Both the position numbers and the translations under genes were made by a program. From Candidatus Marinacidobacterales bacterium (GTDB lineage Bacteria; Acidobacteriota; Vicinamibacteria; Marinacidobacterales; SMYC01), in assembly GCA_965237955.1 (NCBI GenBank), contig OZ250169.1:5408001-5472000 (forward strand): DNA of 64,000 bases, read 5' to 3'. Below the pieces are notes generated by a model. That model was given only the letters and a program-made list of their open reading frames with translations. It did not search any database and was not told the origin of the DNA. Below, in pieces: positions 32,100-41,002 of this stretch. Each line of letters opens with the position of its first letter. Position 1 is the stretch's first letter.

Positions 32100-33116
32100 G
32101 ATGGTTGAGTCCCCTGTAATCTACGCGTCGAAGGCCGCCCACGACGACCCTCTCTACTCACATCCGGAAGGAGAGACGCTAGACATCTTCGAGTTCATCG
32201 CACGCGCTGACGCAGATTCCAGAGCCTCGCAAGCATGGCATTCACTAATATGTTGCGCGCCGATTTATGTAAAGTAGGACCTGTAACGCTGCATTAATAA
32301 AGGATCGAGAGCCAGATAGCTTCACATAATATTTGGCGATCTGAGATTGCGAGGAACTCCAGGAATATCGTTTACGGTGCTTGTCTTCTTCATACCTTTG
32401 TAAAAACATCTCTCTACTTCCTTTTTTAGAGCAATAAAGGAGAGACGCGCGATCGCAACGCGATGGGCTCGAGTCGATTTTTATGTTGAGTGAAAACGAA
32501 CTCAAGTCTTTGGATTCAAGGAAATAGGGAGCGCACTTTGCATAAATAAGCGCGATACATATAAATGAAAATGTATCGCGATACGTTTCCTGTATTTCAG
32601 TGCCTATTCTTCGAAAGCGCGAGCTTGCCGGGCAAAACAAAGCTCACGCTGCAATCGTTCGCTCTGAAGGATACCCAGGCCGCTCAGGATGAGCCTCCAC
32701 TCTCACCGCAAAAGCGCGCCGCTCTGAGAAGAAGCTGGGCGCGCCTCATTCGACGGGTCTATCTTACCGACCCCTTGAAGTGTGAGTGCGGCGGCGAGCT
32801 CCGCGTGATCGCGTTCCTTACCGACGACAAAGTCATTCGAAAGATCTTGTCGCATTTGGCGACGCGAACGACGGACTCTCGCGCTCCTCCCTAGCTCATG
32901 CAGCCGTTCCCCAAAACCCCGTGGTTGTCTCCCGTCAAGCGCGGCCCGAATTCTGCCTGCACTCACCTTCTGCTTCCCTGAAGGATTAGCCACACGTCGC
33001 TTCTGCCGCTCTTGGGCTTTTGCTATTGCTCCAGGACGGACGGCATGGACCTTTCTCTCGTGCACGCTGACAAAATTGGCACCGGCACGCATCCGCCCGA
33101 CATGATTTTTCCTATC
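32100..33116 (+). pseudogene. IS91-like (Y2 HUH) transposase C-terminal remnant with 345-bp insertion
   Basis: LDIFEFIAR..QIPEPRKHGIH/YFSAYS...WARLIRRVYLTDPLKCECGGELRVIAF...RAPP. Confidence 0.8.
32248..32592. mobile_element. AT-rich MITE-like insertion with TA duplication
   Basis: TA at 32246-47 and 32593-94; removal restores CAC TAT TTC AGT; inverted repeat 32248-32275 / 32535-32562 (23 of 28). Confidence 0.7.
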
Positions 33117-33158
33117 TCTTATCCGGAGCGACATAAGAAGAGGAATACGTGATACGTT

Positions 33159-33740
33159 TTACTTCCTGTCGACCCCGGACCAACGCTTGATCGTACCGGC
33201 ATCGAGCCCGAAAAGATCCAATACTCGACATACCGAGTGGTTGATGATGTCATCGATAGTTTTGGGATCGCTATAGAATGCAGGCATAGGAGGTGCTACG
33301 ACCGCACCCATTTCTGCCGCCTGGTAGAGTAACTTGCAGTGCCCGGCGTGCAGCGGGGACTCTCGCGGCATCAACACCAGCCTGCGGCTTTCCTTAAGTG
33401 CGACATCTGCGGCGCGGCAAAGCAAATTGTCGGCATAGGAATGTACTATCGCTGACAGCGTCTTCATTGAACACGGTGCCACAATCATCCCATCGGTGCG
33501 AAAGGATCCGCTGGAGATGCTCGCAGCCACATCATTGGTGCCATGAACAACATCAGCCAGCGCCTCGACCTCTTTCACCGTGTAGTCCGTTTCTATTCTG
33601 ACGTTCATTTTGCCGGTGGCGGACATCACCAAGTGCGTCTCAACATCGTTCTGACTTTGCAAAATCTCAAGGAGTCGTATCCCGTAGATGACACCACTTG
33701 ATCCCGAAATCCCGACAACTAGCCGCTGCATACCATGCAC
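33159..33740 (-). CDS. ubiX: Flavin prenyltransferase UbiX
   Basis: VVGISGSSG, SISSGSF, APCSMKTL, RAADVALKE, RESPL, PPMPAFY. Confidence 0.95.
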   Translation of the reverse strand: MHGMQRLVVGISGSSGVIYGIRLLEILQSQNDVETHLVMSATGKMNVRIETDYTVKEVEALADVVHGTNDVAASISSGSFRTDGMIVAPCSMKTLSAIVHSYADNLLCRAADVALKESRRLVLMPRESPLHAGHCKLLYQAAEMGAVVAPPMPAFYSDPKTIDDIINHSVCRVLDLFGLDAGTIKRWSGVDRK

Positions 33741-33905
33741 TCCTTCGACTACTTACTTAGTGCTGCAGAACAAGTTTAGACGAACGCGCCATGCAGATTC
33801 TTATTGGCCGAATGACATGTCGCGCGTGTCTTTTTTGGAGTGTAGCACCGTTTGTTGATACGATGTTCGAGAACGCATTCGTCTGCACAATTGATGGGTT
33901 GGACT

Positions 33906-34454
33906 ATGGTGGAAAGGTTCTGGGATTTTTCAGTGCGAACCTATGGAGTGTCGGGCGTATCCCAGGCTTGTCTCGCCTTGCAGGACGAGCGCGGTGTTGA
34001 TGTCAACATGCTGCTCTATTGTATCTGGATTGGCGCAACTCGCGGTGTGTTCAACGAACAGTTGTACCGGGCGGCCATGGACTACTCACATGACTGGGCA
34101 GCTCACGTCGTGCGTCCGTTACGAGCGGCGCGAACCTGGATGAAATCGGAAGGTTGTCGCCGGGAAGGGGCGCCGGCCGAATCATGTATGTCCGTTCGCA
34201 AGCGAATCAAGGCCGTCGAGCTCGAAGCGGAAAAGTTGCAACAAGATGCGTTGGAGTCGTTTGCACTGGATCAAGACGGCGAACCCGAAAAGAATAATCA
34301 GGTGATCGCAGCGGTCGAGAACATCAAACGCTATTTCGCGGATATCGAAGTTCATCTCGACAACCGGGTCTGCCAAAACAGCGCGATCGTCGTAGGCGCG
34401 GCAATCGATGGGGCGTCACCGCAGCGGGTGGTGGACGCATTACATGGGGCTTAA
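33906..34454 (+). CDS. TIGR02444/DUF2390 family protein
   Basis: FWDFSVRTY...CLALQDERGVDVNMLL, VRPLRAAR, ELEAEKLQQ. Confidence 0.85.
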   Translation: MVERFWDFSVRTYGVSGVSQACLALQDERGVDVNMLLYCIWIGATRGVFNEQLYRAAMDYSHDWAAHVVRPLRAARTWMKSEGCRREGAPAESCMSVRKRIKAVELEAEKLQQDALESFALDQDGEPEKNNQVIAAVENIKRYFADIEVHLDNRVCQNSAIVVGAAIDGASPQRVVDALHGA

Positions 34455-34769
34455 ACCTGGTGGGGAAAATTCGAGCGGGTCGGCGACGGACGTGGCCTTT
34501 CCCTTTCGTGGGAGCGTGCGCTTGAAATGAATCGGTTTGCCCTACCTAAGCGTGCGGGTTACCGTCTGGTAAACTGGACCGTGTGAAGGTCCGGGCGGTG
34601 ATTCGGTTGCTGAAGGATGGAGAACCTCGAAGGCAATCCCAGGCGACCCGACATCGAGATCTTCAATACGCAGTACGACCGGAACTCCGGCCGCGATCCG
34701 CAGTTGGAAGCAGCCGTAGAGGAGCTGTTGAGCGACCTGCGCTGACGCGCACGACGACAGTCCCTCCCC

Positions 34770-35348
34770 ATGCCTTGCATCGGTGAAGCAGCAGCGCTCG
34801 GCACAGCGCTGTTGTGCTCCTTCACGTCCATTTTCTTCTCGGAAGCCGGCAAGCGTATCGGCGCCTTCAAGGTCAATAAGATCCGGCTGTTGATCGCGGT
34901 TTTGATCTACGGACTCGTGCTGCTGATCAAATCGGGATCGCCCATCCCTACGGGAATCGGCCAGGTCGCCATCTGGTGGCTCTGCCTCTCGTCATTGATG
35001 GGACTGGTCATAGGCGACAGCATGTTATTCAAGGCGTTCGTCGCTCTCGGGCCGCGACTCACCACGTTGGTATTTACCAGTTCACCGATCATGGCCACCA
35101 TTATTGCCTGGGTGTTTCTGGATGAGCAGCTCGGCGCCTGGGACATGCTGGGCATTGCCATCACCATGGCCGGCATCAGCTGGGTCGTGGCAGAGCGGCG
35201 CTATGCCAACACTAAACGCGTGCACGACGATCACCCCGACTCGATGTCGTTCGCCGTCGGAATCCTTCTGGCACTCGGGGGCGCGTTCGGGCAAGCGGCC
35301 GGACTCGTTTATCCAAACAGGCAATGTTGCACGCCGGCGAGGTGGTAG
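34770..35348 (+). pseudogene. DMT/EamA transporter, 3'-truncated
   Basis: GEAAALGTALLC, GLVIGD, LGPRLT, FLDEQL; second EamA repeat breaks off near 35310. Confidence 0.8.
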
Positions 35349-35591
35349 GTGCCTTCGCCTTGGAAAGCCGACGAAGAGGACCGCGCTCGCCTCGACCAGG
35401 GCCGGAAGCTTCCCGCACTCGCGCGCGTCATTGCCACTTGGGGGCTCGCGGTCGCGAGCGAGCGAGCGGGCGATGTCGCGGGCTCCGAGAGCCTCATCGC
35501 CGAGCTCCGCGAGGCCGCGCCCCACAGCGCTCCGCTTCTCCTGATCCCCCCGAGAAACGTCTAGCGTCGTCTTCCGGTGCTAGACTCGGGA

Positions 35592-37007
35592 ATGAGGTTG
35601 CTGACGGTGCTCTTCATCAGCGCCGTGTCGGGCATCGGTTCCGCGGCCCAGGACGATTGGATTCAGGTTCAGAGCCCTCACTTCATCGTCATCACCAACG
35701 CGCGCCGCGGCGAGGCGTGGGACGTGACCGACGAGTTCGAGCGCATCCACGCCGTTTATCAGAGAGCGATCACACGCAAGCCGGACCGTCCTCCGCCGCC
35801 GACGGTGATCTTCGCCGTTACGGACAACCAGAGCTTTCGAGAGCTTCTACCCGACGCTCACGAGGAACTGGCGGGCAGGTTTCTGGAGTCGAAGGATGGG
35901 CCTCGCATCGTGCTCCGTCTCAACGTACCGGCCGAAGTGGGCCATGCGACTCTATACCACGAGTACCATCACGCCATGCTGCGAGCGAGCTATGGTCGGG
36001 GGACGCCGAGCTGGCTCCGGGAAGGTCTAGCCGAGTTCTGGTCGCAAGCAACGATCACGCTCAAAGACGTCGAGATCGGGACGGCCCATGACGCTCACCT
36101 CCAATACCTTCGCCGCCAGACCACCTTCGAGTTGGCTCCGCTGTTCGCGCCGAACGGCTCGACCCACGACATGGATCCTCGTGACCGGCGCGCGTTCTAC
36201 GCGAGCGCGTGGGTGCTCACCCACTGGATCCTGATGGCCGATCGAGGCGACGGCGAAGAGAAACTCAACCGCTACATCGAGAGTATCATGGAGGGTGGCG
36301 ATCCCAACGAGACCTTCGAATCGACGTTCGGGCCGGTCACGAAGGTCGAGTCCGAAGTAAGGCGCTACTTCCGTCAGTCGACGTTTTCGTCCAAGAGATT
36401 CCCGGCTCCAGCCGAGATCAACGAAGCGTTCTCGATTCGAGAGCTGAGCGCGGAAGAATCCGTGGCGCTCCGAAGCCGATTTCTGACGTCTCGCGGGCGA
36501 ACCGCGTCGACCAGAGGTTTGCGGGAGCGGACCGGGACTCTAGGCGTCGGCGCCGAAGCCGAGGGAGTCGAAGCCTTCGAAAGCTACGAGCTCGAACTCG
36601 CCCGCGAGCGCTTCGAAGAGGCCGTCTCCGCCGGCGCGGCGACCCACCTTTCGCACTACTACCTCGCGCTACTCTCCCAACAAGAGGGAGATCGCGCCAA
36701 CGTCGCGTCACGGCTGGAACACACGCTCGATCTCGACCCCGAGTTCGCGCCGGCCATCATCGCGCTCGCCGAGCACTACGCGCGCGAGCCGGAGCGAAGC
36801 GAGCGAGCGCTTGAGCTCGCTCGCCGTGCCCTCGCGCTCACGCCCGACGACCGGTTCGAGCTGGTGCGCCTCGGCCGAACGTTCGTGGCGCTCGAGCTGC
36901 TCGACGCGGCGCAAGACGTTCTCGCCCGCCTCAAAGCGATGCCGTCCGCTCCCGGAAGCGCGGCAATGATTCGCGCGCTAGAGGATGAGATAGCCCGCCA
37001 ACGCTAA
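35592..37007 (+). CDS. Secreted DUF1570-like gluzincin-motif protein with TPR repeats
   Basis: Signal peptide, WIQVQSPHF, HEYHH...PSWLREGLAEF, FYASAWVLTH, C-terminal TPRs. Confidence 0.75.
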   Translation: MRLLTVLFISAVSGIGSAAQDDWIQVQSPHFIVITNARRGEAWDVTDEFERIHAVYQRAITRKPDRPPPPTVIFAVTDNQSFRELLPDAHEELAGRFLESKDGPRIVLRLNVPAEVGHATLYHEYHHAMLRASYGRGTPSWLREGLAEFWSQATITLKDVEIGTAHDAHLQYLRRQTTFELAPLFAPNGSTHDMDPRDRRAFYASAWVLTHWILMADRGDGEEKLNRYIESIMEGGDPNETFESTFGPVTKVESEVRRYFRQSTFSSKRFPAPAEINEAFSIRELSAEESVALRSRFLTSRGRTASTRGLRERTGTLGVGAEAEGVEAFESYELELARERFEEAVSAGAATHLSHYYLALLSQQEGDRANVASRLEHTLDLDPEFAPAIIALAEHYAREPERSERALELARRALALTPDDRFELVRLGRTFVALELLDAAQDVLARLKAMPSAPGSAAMIRALEDEIARQR

Positions 37008-37308
37008 AAACTTAGGAAATTAGATCCCGGTCGCTGCCTGGTGAACGGGCGGAATTGCGCCCGACGGTGTGCGGACGGGGGTTTTCGGTGCGCGGGTATG
37101 GGGATACAAGCGGCCGGTGCGGCATTGAGCCTAGGACAAAGTGTAGCGAGGGTGGTTCGGGCGCACGGGTCTCATCGAAAGACCCCTGAATGGTGCCAAC
37201 CGCTATGCCCGCGGCAGGGAGTCCGGCGGAATAGGAGGGTCCTTGTTATTACGATTTTCGAGATGGTTCAAGATCTGGCGGATGACGGAGGGCTCGGTCG
37301 ATTAGGTT

Positions 37309-39411
37309 TCATAATGCCCCCTTTCCTACAATCCAGGAATTGTGAGAGTTTTTGTTGTCGCGAGGGGTTGTTCGCGGACGGTAGTCCTTCGAAGCCTGCA
37401 CGGCCTGTTTGACTTGTGGTTCGTCGAGGTCGCTACGGCGGATACTCCACGGGACCGATGGCGCGGCCTGAAGGGCAGGCAAGATGCCGCGGCCGATGAT
37501 ACGCCGCACGGTCATGGTGCAGACGCCGAGAATGCTTGCCGCCTCGTTGAGAGTGAGCACCTCGCTCGGCTTGTCGTCGGACCGGTCCAGTGCGGGGAGG
37601 TTGTGGTAGGAACGGTAGGCCCGTACACGGCCCGCGTTCCAGGTTAGCCCCGTGCTCGTGTGGATGCTAATCCGGTTGAGAGTCAAGGCGATGTCGTCAT
37701 CGGAGAAGCGTCCCGCCAACTGCTCCATGATTTTCGAAGTCTTCTCGGCGCCAACGCGGCGATGTCCCGTGGTGTTCTTCCGGACTCGGCGCGTCGAGTG
37801 GATACCGCCCCTCCAGTGAATGACGGCTTCGATGGTGTCGCCGGCCTCGTTGACGTCGGCAACGATCTCCTCGACGAGCGTGCGCACGATGCGCTTTTTG
37901 AGGCGCATGTCCGTCGAAGGATCCTCCCATACCCTCGCGAAGTCTGAGCCCAACGTGAGCAGCTCCTCGGGATCAATCGCGCGCTGGGGTGATGGAGTTT
38001 GCTCCTGCTCGCGAAGACGCTCCTCAAGCGAGCGCACACGCAAAAGCGTCTCGTTCCAGCGCCGCTCGAGCTCACCCGTTACCAGCCGATTCTCAGGGTC
38101 GGAGGCGTCGTACTGGCGGAAGTTCCGCTCGGCCTGGTAGCGCGCCTGCTCCAGCTCCAACTCCACCGCCTGAAGATGCTCGTCCCTATCCTCGACCGCC
38201 ATTCGCCCTGCCGCGACCGCGGCTTCGATCGCGCCTGGCTCCAGCACCTTGAGGACCTCTTCCTCTACCGCTCGCTCCAGGCCGTTTCCACGAAAACCCA
38301 GACAGCTACGCTCGCCGTATTGGGCGACGGCACTCCGACATCGATACAAAGCGACGCCCTGTTTGCCGGAGTAATGCACGTGGAGCTTGCGCCCGCAACG
38401 GCCGCACCGAAGTAGCCCCGCAAGTAGGGCCCCGCCTTGTCGGGGCGCGCCCCTGACCATCCGCCCTTTCATGTTGGCATTCTCCTCCAAGAGCTTCTGA
38501 TTCCGCTCGTATTCCTCCCATGTGATGTAACCAGGATGATGGTCCTTGATCAAGACGGTCCACTCCGAGCGCGGCTTGTGATGACCGCGCGTGACATGGG
38601 CACGCTCGTCCACGATACTCGTGCGCGAACTCGTCCGGCCAAAGGCGTAGGCACCAGCATAGATGGGGTTGTTCAACATGTTCAACACCGTCGTGTAGCT
38701 CGGCAACGCCCAAGCAATCTCCGCATCCAAGCGGCGGCCACGGCGCTTGGGAAGCGCTATCTGCTGTTGACGCAGCCAGAACAAGCTCTGGCGCGCGCTT
38801 CCCAGCTCGCGGAACTTCGCGAACACCATGTCGAGGGCTTGTTGGATGCGCAGGTCAGGCCTCTTCTCGAGCGCGCCCTCTGCTGTCCACTGGAAGCCTA
38901 CCGGTACGAGGAATCGCAGCTCGCCTCTGACCGCCTTCTGATGCCTCGCCTCGAACGAGCGTTGACGAAACAGCGTCAACTCGTACTCGCTCATCGTGCC
39001 CTTGAGGCCGAGCAACAGTCGGTCGTTGCTAAAGCGCGGGTCGTAGATGCCCTCGGGGTCGATGAGCAACGTTCCCACCAAGCCACACAGATCGATCAGG
39101 TGATGCCAGTCGCGGTTGTTGCGGGCCAGGCGTGACGCCTCCAAGCACAAGACAGCTCCCACTGCGCTCAGAGAGACCTGGGCGACCAGTCTCTGGAACC
39201 CGGTTCGTCCAGCAAGAGTGGAACCCGAGCGGCCTAGGTCCTCATCGATCAGTTCCACGTCACCGAAGCCCAAGCTGCCTGCGTGCTCGACGAGCGCATA
39301 CTGCCGACGCTGGGACTCCAGGTTCTCGCGGACTTGTGTCGCGGTCGACTGCCTGACATAGACGATGGCTTTACGCGCGAGATGCTCAGACGTGATCTTG
39401 GCGCTCATCAT
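37309..39411 (-). CDS. Large serine recombinase (resolvase, recombinase, Zn ribbon, coiled coil, C-terminal excisionase-like HTH)
   Basis: YVRQST catalytic Ser, EASRLARN, NPIYAG, HHPGYI, CGRCG, LTLNEAASILGVCTMTVRR. Confidence 0.95.
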   Translation of the reverse strand: MMSAKITSEHLARKAIVYVRQSTATQVRENLESQRRQYALVEHAGSLGFGDVELIDEDLGRSGSTLAGRTGFQRLVAQVSLSAVGAVLCLEASRLARNNRDWHHLIDLCGLVGTLLIDPEGIYDPRFSNDRLLLGLKGTMSEYELTLFRQRSFEARHQKAVRGELRFLVPVGFQWTAEGALEKRPDLRIQQALDMVFAKFRELGSARQSLFWLRQQQIALPKRRGRRLDAEIAWALPSYTTVLNMLNNPIYAGAYAFGRTSSRTSIVDERAHVTRGHHKPRSEWTVLIKDHHPGYITWEEYERNQKLLEENANMKGRMVRGAPRQGGALLAGLLRCGRCGRKLHVHYSGKQGVALYRCRSAVAQYGERSCLGFRGNGLERAVEEEVLKVLEPGAIEAAVAAGRMAVEDRDEHLQAVELELEQARYQAERNFRQYDASDPENRLVTGELERRWNETLLRVRSLEERLREQEQTPSPQRAIDPEELLTLGSDFARVWEDPSTDMRLKKRIVRTLVEEIVADVNEAGDTIEAVIHWRGGIHSTRRVRKNTTGHRRVGAEKTSKIMEQLAGRFSDDDIALTLNRISIHTSTGLTWNAGRVRAYRSYHNLPALDRSDDKPSEVLTLNEAASILGVCTMTVRRIIGRGILPALQAAPSVPWSIRRSDLDEPQVKQAVQASKDYRPRTTPRDNKNSHNSWIVGKGAL

Positions 39412-39571
39412 CGCTCACCTCGCTTTCGCTCTTCGTCACTTCGGCGCGCCGAGCTGCTTCGAGCAGTAGCTGCTGCATCAACTGACGCAGTGTCTCCCGC
39501 GAGGATGTCAGAAGCTCGTTCCAGCGCGGGCGGTCGCTTTCGAACAGACACCCCTGTATCGGTCGTTTCAT
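39386..39571 (-). CDS. Small overlapping ORF (61 aa) of the recombinase element
   Basis: Strong SD AAGGAGGT before ATG 39571; PRWNELL...LMQQLLLEA helix. Confidence 0.55.
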   Translation of the reverse strand: MKRPIQGCLFESDRPRWNELLTSSRETLRQLMQQLLLEAARRAEVTKSESEVSDDERQDHV

Positions 39572-39870
39572 CAGAAGGCACCTCCTTTTGGTGCCCTCTG
39601 GATAACACGGCTCGCAGAAGTTTCCCCATCTCCGACAGTGCCTCCATCGACGCCTGAGGCGAGCTCGCTAACGACAGTCCCGCGCAGTGCACCGCGTCCG
39701 TCATCCACGCCGGCACCGGAACAGGTGTCCCCTCCCGCGAGATGCACTGGTAATACGCCACGCCGCCGTGTCGCTGCACACTGCTCACGCTCAGGCACTG
39801 GCCGCAACGCGGGTGCCAGCGGTAGTGGACCGTTACTGAACCCTGTTCACGTGCAGTATGTGACTGGGTT
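39408..39870 (-). CDS. Accessory ORF (Y4bD/Y4pK, DUF5372-like); start codon supplied only in the excised attP circle (159 aa)
   Basis: Open frame up to the att core: QSHTA...VHYRWHPRCG...VPAWMTD; no ATG/GTG/TTG before 39788 in the integrated state. Confidence 0.7.
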
Positions 39871-41002
39871 GGTGATGAACGAGACGACGCGCATTCGGCC
39901 GCGGCAGTTTTTGCAAATCAACGGGTCGGTTTTGAACACACGGCGGATCAAGTTGGCCCATCGTCGGCGAAGGGTTTTACGCTGAGTGGCGTTGAGCTCG
40001 TTGTCGTCAGGTGCAGGTCGTTTCTTTCGGGTATGTTTTCTTGTTCGTCGGGCGTAGTGACCGTAGTACAAGATCGAATGCTGGTTGGGCTGGAAATCGT
40101 CCGCATTCGGGCTGCTTCGAGGGAATCAGATGTTGCGGGGCTGCTTCGAAGGACCCCTACCGCAAAAATGTGGATGAGCACGCGGGCGAGGAACTCGAGC
40201 GGGTCGAGGAGCTCGGCTTTTCTATTTTTTGATTTGGGCTGATAGAGAACGTAGTTGCTCTTTTTGTCGTAACGGAGTCTTTGTAGGGAGACGGGGCATC
40301 GGACGATGTAGCGAGAAAGGGATTCAAGGGCTTGGGTATCGGAGGGATATAGGTAGACATCATTATCGGTGCTAAAGCCGCTCCTGCGCCACGAACGGAG
40401 AATCTTGATGCGTTCGTCCGAGAGAAGGTCGTGTACTTGAAGAAGTCGAAAGATCTTCTCCCGAAACAGAATTTCCGCGGCGTGGGTGTCGATGTAGGGA
40501 ACAGGAATCCACTGTCCGTCGTCACGCCAGACGCCTCTGGAGACGATGGAGTGCAGATGTGGATTCCACTTCAAGTTGTCGGAGAAGGTCTGTATCGAGG
40601 CGACCATGCCGACGCGAACGTTGCTGTCCTCGACAGCAGCGGCCATGAGCTCGTGGACGGTTTCGTAGCCTGCGCGGGCGAGCTCGGTGAGGAGCTCTCG
40701 GTGGAAGAGAAAGTAGGGGCGGAGCATTTCGGGAATGGAAAAACTCCAGACGGCATGGCCGACGTCTTGCAAAAGCTCCTCTTGAAGAAAAGCTGCGAAG
40801 GCCGCGGCTCTTTTGGCGTCGCATGACGGACAAAGACTCCTGGCTTTGCACGAGAAGCAAGTAAGAATTCACTCCGGCAATCCTCGCAAACGATCCGGGC
40901 GAAACCTCCTTCTGGAACCCCGCAGTCAAAGTACCGTAGCACCACGTTGTCGACGAACCCGCGCCAATACCCATACACTTTTTCGAAGCGGTCCTCCCAG
41001 TG

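Larger units (their letters stand above)
37296..39873 (-). mobile_element. Compact large-serine-recombinase element (2575 bp plus one GGT core copy)
   Basis: GGT at 37296-98 and 39871-73; removal restores TTC ATC ACC GAG CCC (FITEP) in the host transposase; arms GCAGTATGTGAC (39853-64) and GTTTCATAATGC (37306-17) are inverted (9 of 12). Confidence 0.92.
37011..41002 (-). mobile_element. IS91-like element; transposase frameshifted, 5' end lost at IS21, split by the serine-recombinase element
   Basis: GFARIVCEDC, WNPHLHSIV (HUH), SGFS, YYGHY, DPLICKNC, SFIT/EPSVIRQILNHL. Confidence 0.85.
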
